Source: Zancudomyces culisetae HAW-14-8
Lineage: Eukaryota > Fungi > Kickxellomycota
Direction of reading: 5' to 3'
Length of the DNA: 64,000 nucleotides
Assembly (NCBI GenBank): GCA_052426225.1
Contig: JBNJNM010000021.1
Span: forward strand, 1,674,001 to 1,738,000
The notes below the pieces were generated by a model. That model made no database searches, was not told the origin of the DNA, and saw nothing but the letters and a program-made list of their open reading frames with translations. The translations under genes and the position numbers were made by a program. The stretch's first letter is position 1. Each line of letters opens with the position of its first letter. Below, one piece after another: positions 25,928-37,907 of the stretch.

Positions 25928-26967
25928 GTTGTGTTTGTACACTTTCCACATACCAACTTTTTTTCAACTTGTCTAATAAATAAAAGAAAATACAAACTTT
26001 TAAACCTTTAAACAATTTTTTTCCCCGTTGTGTGAAGCTATTTTCAAGTAAACTCGCCTTTATTTCTACATAACTGAAGACTTTTGAACGTTTAAGATCC
26101 ACCCTTCAGAACTATCTTGATACAGGTAATACAGGCACTCGATTACCCTCAACTCATTTAAAAGTTTTAGCTGTGATTTTCTTGTCTTTGACTGAATCTG
26201 ATCTTGTATTTCCCAACATCTGCCTTTTAAATACACCATTATACAAAAAATAATTTCAGGTTTTGTCGTCTGTTATTGGATAGTAAACCCCTTTTCGACA
26301 TTTCAGTTTGTATGCCTTAGCCGTAATTCAATTGGCACAAAATGTTTAAACATGAAAAACTTTTTCTGTACATATATAATTTGTCGCCAAAATATTAAAT
26401 CCTTACTGGCTATATATATTCGCGCAATGTTGTGCTTGCCAACAAAAACGCCCTGATGGAATTATTCTAACCAAATCAGAAAAGCTTGAGGGTTTTTTTT
26501 ATTCACCACTTGCGGCAAAGATGGAAAAGTACAGCCATACCAGGCCGTAAATAATTATTACAGTAAAAAAATAGAAACGCGATTGATTCAAAGTAAAACC
26601 AAATGCCTGATTTGTTCTGCAAATTCTATGGTAATAGTCTCCCCTGATTGTTATTACATTTTTTGTTCTTAAAACCGCCTTTTGTTTACACTAGTTTGTT
26701 ATCCACACTTTTTTCATACCTTACTGAACTTTATAGTTAATTTAAAGAAAACATTACGATTGTAATACTGAGATCCGAGGTTAGTATTTTTCTTGATTTC
26801 TCTACTGTTTATAAAATACCTGATTCTTGATAGATTCTATTTAGGGGTTATATATTTTGGTACTTATTCACTGTTTAGACATTAAAGCTAAGACTAAGAC
26901 AGTTAACGGTTACATGATTTCTTGTAGATCACAGAAAACAAAAGAGATATCGTCAAAATTAATAAGC

Positions 26968-28024
26968 ATGAATCCTGAAGAAAAGGTGGGAAGCGAATCT
27001 GTTTCGGAAAATGAGGAGGGGGTTTACAATGTCGAAGCTCTTAGGGACCATGCTTATAATCCATCCAAGGTAAGTACTTTTTTCCTTATGATTTTCTTGT
27101 GTGTTTATACATTTTTTTTCAAGGGATCTTACTATGCTTTTTTTTTATACACATAGAAAACTTTCAAATATCTCGTTAAATGGGAGGGGTATGAGGAATC
27201 AGAAAACACATGGGAGGATGAGGATAACATGTATGTTTTTTTTTGTTTTTATTTTTATATGCTCATTCTAAATCTCTGATACTATTTTATAGCATGTCAG
27301 AAGAATTACTGGGGAAATATTGGGAAAATCAAGAGCTTTTGGGAATTTCAAAAGAAAAGATAATAGATGAGGCCAAAGGGGTAGTTAATTATATTATATA
27401 TGTTTTGTAACCTATTTTTTCTCAGCATGCTAAAGCTATTATAATATTTACTTGTAGAAGCGAAAATCGACAAAAACACCCATAAGAAAAAGGGGACATA
27501 ATGGAACCTCTGCGGGTTACTCTGGTAAACGCTTCAGAGAAGACGACGAAGTCGATATGGGAAATGATGGCTTTATACCACCACCCGAAGAATCATGGGA
27601 GGATCTAATCGAAAGCGTAGATACCGTCGAGAGAAATTCAGACAACAAGCTGATCATATATGTTAGGTGGTAAGTTTTGTCTTCTGGTTTTATTAATTAG
27701 CCTATTATTCTTGTTGTTGCCACATCTACGATTAAAACACTCAAAAGTATGATCTTCACCTCTTATTTATCCTTTTTGTTGTATATTATTGAATAGGAAA
27801 AACGGAGCCCTCACAAATCATCTTAGCACCTTAATAAATAAGAAATGCCCTCAAAAAGTAAGCACGCTTTCAATTACAAATTACTCTTTCGCTATTATAG
27901 TATCATTATTATTTTTATATGTTCTGTAATCAACTCTCCAGGATTCTAAAATTTAGTTTTTATTTAAATTTAGATTATCAAGTTTTACGAGGATCGTTTG
28001 CGATTCACGAGTATCGAAGAATAA
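26968..28024 (+). CDS. HP1: Heterochromatin protein 1 / Swi6 (chromo + chromoshadow domains), 6 exons
   Basis: join(26968..27069,27157..27230,27293..27380,27458..27669,27797..27857,27974..28024), all GT-AG and in frame. Chromo YNVEAL...YLVKWEGYEESENTWE; shadow WEDLIESVDTVER...IYVRWKNG...KCPQKIIKFYEDRLRF. Confidence 0.9.
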
Positions 28025-31000
28025 CTTTGCTTTGACTTTAGGATACATCAATGTTATGCTCCCTGTTATATAAGCACTATTTTTTTAAAAGTCATTATTC
28101 CATATTTTCGGTTAATCTTGTTTGAAGTATTGTTGTTACTACTATTATTATATTATATTTACTCTTACTTCTATATCCAACCCATTTTGCCGAATTTTTT
28201 TTAAAATTTTTTATACATGTTTATCGAAATTCTTGGTATGGTTTTGAAAATAGCAAACTGGGCGATAAATGTGGAGATATGGATAAAATTTGACTCTGCG
28301 CGGGTGCAAAACCTGCCATGCCTCTATGCCATTCGCCTGGTCTTATAGATATTCTTTGCTTGGTTAGGTTTTCTGAACTTACATTTAATGAGATTGGTCA
28401 TAATTTGGCACTTTCTTGAACGTTTTACTTTATTCCTCAAGAATATACTATTAAATACGTGGTTTAACTGTATATATGCTAATGAAAGCAACACATATGG
28501 GAGATTATGGTGTTATCACTGTTGTCTAACTGTAGATATACAAACAAATATCCTTGCAAACACATTTATTGTCCCAGCCAGTTCTTTACCAAACTTTTAA
28601 AAAATGACGAGTTCCCCACAAAAACCCCTATAAAAAGAGCGGTGGGTAATTAGGTTAATTAGGTTAGCGCACTTATTGATATTATATGAATCTATGTGTA
28701 AATACATATGCACTAAACGTTTTTTGTTACTTCAATAGTATATTTATGATTAATATTTTAAATAGTTAATGTAGTGTGATAATACACATTTAAATGTATT
28801 CAGCATTATGATAGCTATATTGCTCCAAGTATGCATGAATACTCCGAAAAAAAATTCAATGATATTTGTTAGCATTGACATCAGTTTGTGTAATAACAAT
28901 ACCTAGCAAATAGGGCTGGAGGAACAACAACTGAATTCTCTGACAAATCTCGTCTACCCTTTTAACTATAACAGGATTACTGGGATATTACTAGGATAAT
29001 ATGATTTTCCTAGGAGTTTTACAAATTATAGGGCCAAATACTTATAAGTGAAGCATTATAGAATCAATCAATGTATACCCGTTTTGTGAAAAAAACAGAT
29101 ATCACAACATCAAATACAAAGACGTGAGTAACGTGTATCATAAAAAAGGTACACAATGCAGTTTTTCAACCACAAATCAAATAAAAATATTATTGCCAGC
29201 TGAGATTTACAAAATATCAAACTCAGTACAAGTTTATTTGTATTCTCATACGCAATTAATTCACTAGCAGTATTCTATACATATTGCTTAAATTAGTAAA
29301 CATTCAAGTATACTTTTAACTTGTGAAACTGTCATAAAACATTTAAAGCAAGTAAATGCGGAATACATGGTTAACGCTATTTTAGACACAAGTACAATGG
29401 ACTTAAAAGTAAGCTATGTAAATTATAGAGAGAGTCACAACTCAGGTATCGTATTTGGAAAATTCCAGCTAAAATATTTGTATTTTCCTCAGTTAATAAG
29501 TTCAATAACGCATTCTAGAACCGTTTTTTTCAGCTGTTTAATTTTTCCACGAAAAAAAATAATGTGAATAAGTTCTACTTTTAGTCTATCTTCTTCACAA
29601 AGAGTTTTAAAAACTACAATTTTACCTCCGGTAAGAAGTTTACATTTTCAATGTTCAGGATGGTCTCACAATACAATACAAGTTCAACGCCAGCTTTAAA
29701 TTCGTAGCTTTACTTGCAAGCTTTTCTTTCAAGGTACCTCATTCAAACTCTCTTTAAGGCTCATATAGGTTATAGTAATTTTTTTTTTAATGTAAAGTAT
29801 TCATTCTACCTTTGATAGTAAAAACTGCCCACTTTTTAAAATTATTTAATATGATTTATAGTCAATATATATTATGTTTAAATATGAGTTTAACTTTCTA
29901 TTTATGGTTGGGTTATTTATATTACAAACCCCTACCTTGACTTTTAAACACTCGCTTTATCTAAATAATGCCTTACACACATTCTAGTGTGTATATCTAG
30001 CATATCAAACAGTCTTTTTATTTTAATTTAACTGGTATAGTTTCAATTACAGATATCCCCCAAGTGCTTTAATTATTTAAATTATATACTATTGTAATTT
30101 GGATCCAGGCATTTTATAGCAAACAAGCGAATTGAATCGGCTTTTTAATATTTGTGCGAGTAAATTATGGATAATTTGGGCTGATTCATCAAAATTAATT
30201 CCAAATCCAAGCTAGAACCTGTTATTTTATTTGCAAATCATTGTAACTATAAAAGCCTAGATCAACGTTTTTTGACCTTTTGAAAAATATCTATATCTTG
30301 TAAATTAATGTCTGTCAACTTCAAAATAACCGTAAATCAGTGGTGGGACCCAGTGTTATTAACCAAATATTTATTAATCCTTTAGGCCTTTGTGGTGATT
30401 AAATTGACAGTCCTTACAAATAACAGTCATCTTTGCAGATAGGATTGTAGTGAGTGTTATTTTGTAAAATATTTCTAGAAGGATAATGCATAAAAGTTAG
30501 AAAAATATGAGTACAGAGTTTATTGTCAGTATAACCAGGTTATAATTCCATAAATTGAAATTAAAATAATAATGATTTTTATCTACAATATGACTGAGCA
30601 AACAATTCTTTGGGGAAAAATTAAAGTGTCGCTACTACAGCATACACAGGCGATGGTCAGTATGTATATTTTAAATTACTGTTGTACATCACTTTGGTCT
30701 TGAATGAATAAGGTATGCTTTTTATTATACTATAAAATTTAAGTCCGGGATTGTTTATAAAATGAATATTATTATTTGTCATAAAATAATTCAGATTGAG
30801 ACATCTTGTAAATTACTGTAATTCCAACGTCATAATCTTAATATTTGGTGATAAATATACTTTTATAATGATACAATTTTGTTAGTTTTCTCGGTTTTGA
30901 AAAATTGTATTTACCACAACCTTTATTCAGGACAGAATTAAACCTACAACAATTCTCTTTAGCAATCCAATCTAAAATAGAAAAGGAACACAAAAACTAA

Positions 31001-31174
31001 AGTGATCAAGTCAGCAATCCACAGCAGTTTGGTACTCAGCTTAGCCTTTGGTTATAGTCTACAGAACACAGATAACTAATATGTACAAGTATCAGGTCAA
31101 AATATTCACTCAGAGTTCAAGTTCAACGTGATGTATTCCGAAAAAATAGATATAGCGTTTGGTGTATTTATTTT

Positions 31175-31471
31175 TAATATTTGGTTTTGAAGACTTTAAT
31201 CCAAGGCCTGAGTAAACATAAACAGAAGATGAATTTCAATGTAATGTCATTATACAATAAAGACAGTATATTCATATGTAACGTTTTTATTAAAAAATTA
31301 CAACTTTTGCGAGGAAGTTTTTTAAAAATAAGAGATCTTCCATTAGGTGGTTTAGCAACTCCAAAGACCATTATCACAATTCTTAATCCGGGCTACTCAT
31401 TTCTCATTATTGAGAACTGCCCATTAGTGATTTATTTTACAAGATTTCAATATCAGTATCAATTTATGTGA
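31175..31471 (+). pseudogene. Highly degenerate reverse-transcriptase relic, DIRS-like
   Basis: ILVLKTLIQGLSKHKQKMN resembles ILDLRxLNxFxxxxHFKME; RDLPLGGLATPKTIITILNP...LVIY resembles LPFGLxTAPRxFTKILKP...LVxYLDD. Catalytic DD lost. Confidence 0.4.
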
Positions 31472-31564
31472 ATATGCGATATGATTTTTTTCATACCTAA
31501 TTAAAAATTATTATTTAGTATTGATTTGTTTACCCATTCTGTCATTCTAGGTATGTTTAATTAG

Positions 31565-32119
31565 ATCACAATACTCGGTAGAGTTAGAAGTTACATAGGA
31601 GGCCTCACTTTGACAGACACCAAAAAATTCGAATTCGTGTGGATAGAGAAATTCCCGTTGTTTACAATAGAAGGTAAAGAGGAAAAAACAGTTAGCTCAA
31701 CACATCATCCATTTACAGCACCGGAAAATGTAGAGGAGCTCGCGTCCAAAGAAATGAAGGAAATAGTAGGACAGCACTATGATATTGTGGTAAATGGGGT
31801 AGAATTGGGAGGTGGAAGCATTAGAAATCATGATAAAGACGTGCAAAAACACATATTTGAAGGGATGCTGAATTTGGATCCTGAGAGTTGCGCCAGATTT
31901 AATCATTTATTGATGGCTCTAGAGCACGGATGCCCTCCCCATGGAGGTACAGCACTTGGGTTTGACAGACTTATTGCTATTCTAACAAACGCAAGTAGCT
32001 TGAGAGATGTCATCGCTTTTTCAAAATCAAAAGAGGGTAAAGATTTATTTTTGAACTCACCTGCCCCGGTGAGCGACAAGGAGCTTGAGCAGTATCACCT
32101 AAAACACAGTACAAACTAG
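31565..32119 (+). pseudogene. Orphan C-terminal fragment of mitochondrial aspartyl-tRNA synthetase (MSD1/DARS2-like)
   Basis: TILGRVR...FVWIEKFPLF, HHPFTAP, YDIVVNGVELGGGSIR, PPHGGTALGFDRL, RDVIAFSK. No N-terminal exons (OB fold, motifs 1-2) recognisable upstream within the window. Confidence 0.75.
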
Positions 32120-32170
32120 CTTTACCTGCTAGTGTTTAGTTGTTTTTTAATAAATAAAAAAATGTAATTT

Positions 32171-33352
32171 CTAATCAGAGCCAAAGTGTTTTCTTCCCAA
32201 TGGCAGCCCATTGGTCGAGTTTTTAGAGTCAAAACATTTTCGGATTTCAGGCTGACATTTCCAGACAGGAAGGGTTCGGTATCCATACTCATCAATATGA
32301 TAATTTGTGCCATTCTGTTCGACACCCGAAGAATCTTTTAGCCCTGTTAAGTTGCTCTTCATTTGTGATACTACATTTTCAAAATCTTCAAGCGATTTGG
32401 CCTTTCCGAGTTGCTCTCTGGTATCAACAAATTGACCCAGGCTAGGTTTGAATATTTTGAATAAATGCGACTTTATGTAGCCCGATTTTGTACCAGGATA
32501 ATTTTCCTTTACTATTTGCAAGTACTCTTGTGCTATTTCCCATTGGTTAACATGTTCATCCTTTTCACAAAATATAGCTGGGTTGTACAAGCTACCTTCT
32601 GCAACCATTACTGCATCACATTCCGTAAATTCTAAACACTTATCTATATCTTCATTGTACATAATTCCACCGTTTGCCACCACTGGAATCTTGAGGGCGC
32701 GTTTTACCGCACGTATCTTGGTCCAGTCACATAAACCTGTCTTGTGTCCCTTTTGCTCGCGTAGCCTTCCATGAACAGTAAGCATTTTCACACCTGCTTT
32801 TTCCAAAGTTTTTGCGTATTCAACTGTTTTTTCTTCGGTTTCAAAAACTCTTATTTTAGCGCTAATAGGAACTTTAATATTTGCACATAGTGCTGTTATA
32901 ATTTGAGTTATAAGGTCCCACTCTTCCATTAAAAAAGAGCCATATTTCCCCCGCTTTGCTATATGTTGTGGGCATCCCAGATTTAAATCTATACCATCCA
33001 CCTTATCTTCTATTAGTTTTGAGGCTTCTACCAGATATTTTGGATCATTTCCACAAAATTGTGCTATTAAGGGTCGATCCTTCTCATCATACTCCCACAT
33101 GTCTTCAAAATATTGCTTTGTTGTAAAAAGCTTGGAATGGAACATTGGGGTAAAACATACATGTGCCCCGTATTTTCTACTCAGCATTCGCCAGGCCAAT
33201 TCGCTTTGATCCACCATCGGCGCCAATATGTACTTGGGGCTCTTTAATACCTTATTGAAGTAGTCGTACGCCCCCATTTCTTCTTGTGTGTCTGTTTCCA
33301 CTTTGGCCTTTTTGTCTATTGTTTCAGTTAATTCTGTATTCTCCCTTTTCAT
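32171..33352 (-). CDS. DUS1: tRNA-dihydrouridine(16/17) synthase Dus1
   Basis: LAPMVDQSELAWR, DRPLIAQFCGND, IDLNLGCPQ (catalytic Cys), TVHGRLREQKG, ANGG. Confidence 0.93.
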   Translation of the reverse strand: MKRENTELTETIDKKAKVETDTQEEMGAYDYFNKVLKSPKYILAPMVDQSELAWRMLSRKYGAHVCFTPMFHSKLFTTKQYFEDMWEYDEKDRPLIAQFCGNDPKYLVEASKLIEDKVDGIDLNLGCPQHIAKRGKYGSFLMEEWDLITQIITALCANIKVPISAKIRVFETEEKTVEYAKTLEKAGVKMLTVHGRLREQKGHKTGLCDWTKIRAVKRALKIPVVANGGIMYNEDIDKCLEFTECDAVMVAEGSLYNPAIFCEKDEHVNQWEIAQEYLQIVKENYPGTKSGYIKSHLFKIFKPSLGQFVDTREQLGKAKSLEDFENVVSQMKSNLTGLKDSSGVEQNGTNYHIDEYGYRTLPVWKCQPEIRKCFDSKNSTNGLPLGRKHFGSD

Positions 33353-33954
33353 TGTATTATAAGATTTATCGGTATACTTTCTACTAAATGAAGAGACTTT
33401 CGCCTATTACATAAATCAATTATGAATATATATTCGAGTTCTTGAAATGAGTTTAGTACTTGGAATAGTAACATTAGGCTTTAGAAAATTTTTTTTAAAA
33501 TTATTGCATAAGGATTATGTGAATAAAAAAATTGTTTGATCGTGGAAAAAATAAGAAAATACTGCGTTTAATTGGTAAAAGAGAAATAAGGAAATTTGAT
33601 TGATAGTGTAGACATTATGAAGTTATAGATTTGTTGAGTATATATAATTTTTAATAGCAGTAATAGAAAAGTATGTTATATGTGCCATAACATTGTATTT
33701 AAACCATGTGGAAAAATAAATAATAACTATTAATAGATACTTTTCGAAATATCGTGTCAGTTTTCCAACAAACAAACGAATAATGGTGGATTAGGAATGA
33801 TCGAGAGAAATCTTTGCAATGATTTTAGATAAAGACAAGATAGCGAGTCGACTTGAATGATGAAAGTAGATTAAGTTGAGATTGATGATAATCTGTACGA
33901 ATGAATGGAAATTGTGTTCAGGTTGAGTAATATTATATCGATTGATGACCAATT

Positions 33955-34510
33955 CGGTGGATATAGAACAAGCTCAACAAGAAAATCAGTAAAACGAATT
34001 GAAATCCGTATATGACGATCAAAGGTCCTTTAGATGACGTCGTCAATACTTGCACCAGCCTCGGTTGCCAATGTCGAACCAAATGCTCTGGAATCCGTTT
34101 TTTTACTCGCTGAGGTAATTTTAATAAAATAAAAAACAGATTTATTTACATATCTTCTGAGAAGATATATTTTGTGCCTAATATTTATAACTCCTGATTA
34201 AATAAACTATCTTTTTGATAATATTTCTTATGTGTTCTTTGAGAGTAGGAAATGAATCCATCTCAATTATTTCAATATATTCGCGATATGCTGATACGGG
34301 ACAAAGGTGTCTATACTATGTGCATAGGTGTAAATACTTTGTTGATGTAGAGTCCCATGCGCTACTCTTTATTCTCAAAAACAGTAGACTTCATTGAATC
34401 AGAGGAGGAAACGATCCTTGATTCAGATATGCGTTCAATATCACTTGCACGAATAAAACCACATATAGCTAAGTGGAATACAGTTTAGCAGTTAATTTCT
34501 CTAAGGGATA
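33955..34510 (-). pseudogene. Degenerate tyrosine recombinase of a DIRS-type (or Crypton) element
   Basis: Minus-strand fragments LAICGFIRASDIERISE, HLCPVSAYREYIE, SRAFGSTLATEAGASIDDVI*, with frameshifts and stops; not in the ORF track. Confidence 0.72.
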
Positions 34511-35482
34511 GAAGTATTAGGTTAATAAGACTTTGTTTCTTTTATGATATGAATCAGATTTTAGGAATTAGTGTTTTTTAAACCTATTATTATTAAAAAT
34601 GATTTATTATATCCCTTAAATAAAAAATCAACAGGATTAGCCTGTTTATGTTCTTTGGGTTGACGTTAGAAGTAGAATAGGTTCTAATGGTTAGGTAAGG
34701 ACCAGTTTTCTGATAATTTCCTTTTGTTAGGACTTGAAAATGCACTAATATGTAAAACTTATGACTACGGTTTTATTTAATATATGTCAAGATCTACTTA
34801 AGATAACTTTATTAATATAAAACCAATTACTATGGAATATAGAACATGAACTTATCTAAGTTGCTATAAAATCTTAATGTTTGGTTACATACAGATTTAG
34901 AAATTTTGTAAATCTAATAAATTAAGCACCTATAATTCTTGGGTAATATGGATATATTAATAACACATAAAATGTAACTGAAAATAACCCTTTAGTATGG
35001 TATGACATTATGGCTTAATTGTTCCCTTTTGTAGTGAACTGTGTCAAGGAGTATTAATTCTGAGAATAAAATGCTAGGAAGTGAAAGATATCTTATTGCT
35101 AATGTTTCTTAAACAATATAATCCTTGGTCTTCTGTAGTTTTACAAGTTGCGAAATTACTTGTAAAACTTGAACCTATGTCATGAATATGACATGCTAAA
35201 ATTTTGAATTGGTATTATTACAATAATGATTCAAAACTCCAATTATAAATGAAATATTTAATTATTTTAGTTTGTGAGTAATGTTATTAACACAAAACAT
35301 ATCATTTAGTTATAATAATAGTACATGTATATTTAGTCAAAATTATGCGTTCATATATAAAGTAATATTTTTTTTCTAAAGATTTCATTCGAAATAATAT
35401 TACCATGTCATAAATATATTATTCAAGCAAAACAATAATACCTAGTGTCAGTCGTGACACCTATAGCTATAACTCTAAAGGA

Positions 35483-36075
35483 TTGATACCTAATACTCCT
35501 TTGAATATTCATAGACTTACTCAGAAGCTTTGTTTCCTTCTCGGTATATGTGGCTTCATGAGACTGGGTGACATTGAAAGGATTGACCAAAGCATGACAA
35601 CAGTGACAGGAAGATTTATAAGGCTCACGGTTGTGGAACCTAAACAGAAACGAATGGGCTTATCCATCACCAAGACAGTCACTATCCACAAGCATTCACT
35701 CTCATACTTATGTCCAGTGCTAACATACATCGAATATGTGGATCAGATTGGGTCCATCTACTTTATCCCACCCTAGGAACAATATAACTATCATTTTCTA
35801 CCACACCAGGGCAGTTAATAAGAACAAAATAGAGGTGCAGAGGATTGGTAGCATATAAATTTCTTTATTGATTTGATTAAATTACGGAAATGAATCTAAA
35901 GACTTAAAGCTAGGGCATTGGGATCTACAATCACAACAGATGCAGGAGCAGAAAACGATGATATAGTCGCACATGTATTCTGGTCGTCTAGACTCGTGTT
36001 TGATTCGTTCTAAAGATTGTCACAAGAATCTCGAACCAATCTAACCGAATCTATATTTAGGACTAACTCTGAATG
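35483..36075 (+). pseudogene. Degenerate tyrosine recombinase of a DIRS-type element
   Basis: LTQKLCFLLGICGFMRLGDIERID, PKQKR, LCPVLTY, then ARALGSTITTDAGAENDDIVAHVFWSSRLVFDSF*RLS after stops; the expected catalytic Tyr codon position is a stop. Confidence 0.78.
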
Positions 36076-36078
36076 AAC

Positions 36079-36176
36079 ATCAAGCGTATTTTTCTGATTG
36101 AAGTACAATTACTTATGGTTTTCATTTACATTCAACCAAATTGTAATAGTACTTCAATCAGAAAAATACGCTTGAT
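36079..36176. repeat. Perfect 28-bp inverted repeat/hairpin just downstream of the YR gene (DIRS terminal/ICR-like structure)
   Basis: ATCAAGCGTATTTTTCTGATTGAAGTAC (36079-36106) / GTACTTCAATCAGAAAAATACGCTTGAT (36149-36176); degenerate second copy at ~36608-36690. Confidence 0.8.
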
Positions 36177-37907
36177 CCCACCCATCCACTCCCAACATGC
36201 ACCTGCTCAAATAACGATTACTCGATTTAAGATTAGGAATCAGTTTGGATAGATTGGATTCTTAATCTCGATTTCCAATTATTCGCCCGATAATTACTAT
36301 TATTTATATTATTTACTATTATTATATTAAATGAGTGTAATAATTGATAAGCAGTGTACTACGCGTGGACTACGCGCATATTACTGTAGTCAAATAGTAG
36401 CACTGAACTAGTCCAAAACATAGCACACTGCAAATGGTGAAGAACTTCAAATAAAGTACGATAGTCAGATTGATCGTTATTTGCGAAAATATTTTATAAG
36501 CAAAAATTACTGATAAAATTTCTACTATTTTTATTAGCTTACATTAGCGAATCAATTTCTAGAATAGAATTTGGTGAGTATTTTCGAAATGAAATAAAGA
36601 CTGTGCACATCAGGTGTATTTTCCTCATACAATATGGTTTTCATTTTCATTCAACCTAATTGTTTGTAGAAATCAATTAATAATAAATACTATTTAGAAC
36701 AGTAATCTTTATACTGAGTCACCTGGGTCCTAAATTATTCATTGACAATTGTCATTTAGCAACGTTTTTCTAAATCCGTATATTGTCATATATTTGATGG
36801 TCTTGTAAGAATTTTAATACTCCTTCAAAACGATTTTAACATTCCATTTCATTGTTATTGATATTTGATAATGAACTATCCGTTCTCCCGAAGTAAATTC
36901 CATATTGTAAATCCATGAGTATTTTTTCTCCCAGGTATTTACCCTTTCAACTTTAGAGTATGTATATATGTGTCGCATATGATTCTATCTTTGTGGTTAT
37001 TATTGTCATTGTCTCGTAAAATGTCAGGTATTTTGTGCTAGTACTCTCTTAATCGTTTGCATTCATAAATCAATGTTTATTGTGTATCTTTTTTCTTTCA
37101 GGTGTCCAGTTACTATTTCATTATTTATCAAACCATTTTATTTTATATTCATAAATGTATACTTTTCAAATATTTTATGTATTGTTTCTAACCTAATTTT
37201 AGTTTCAATTGTGATACAAGCCTCACATTAGTATTGTGTAGTCTCGAATAATATGTGTGGTGCGTTGTTTATTAATCGTCAACTTTTCCGATTGTTTATG
37301 TGGTGCTGGTGATTGTAAAGTGATATTTGTTAAAAATAGTGGTTTTTAATCATAATTAAATACCACAATGGATTGTGTCCTTGTAATGTCTAGTGTTCAT
37401 CCAAGAAATAAAATTTTTTTTGGCTTTATAAAACACACAAAGATGGAAAATTATCGAAACCGCAAAAGGGTTGCGTTGTATTGAATAAGAAAGTTGGTGA
37501 TTGAACAATTATTATTTGAATAGAGCTGACCAAAGGCGGGGAAATTAGGAATCATTATGTACTTTATAACGGTTATCTTGGAATAGTATACAATACATGT
37601 TCTTTTGAGAGCAATACAGAAAAATAGCAACCAGCAGTTAAAGTATTGTGTTTTTGGATGTACACTTTATTTGTGGAATTGATTAACTTGACTTCAAATT
37701 TTGGGACACTCAAATACAAGTAGTATACATGTTTTCAAAAAACTATAAATAGGCAACTTTTGGTAAATATTTATTAGCACAAACCCCCTCCTAATATATC
37801 TATTCCTATATATTACTAAAAAATAATAAAAGACGAGAATTTTATGTCAATAAACTAGTTTAAAGAAAATTCAATTAATAGAGCTAGTACAAACAAGTAG
37901 TTAAAAA

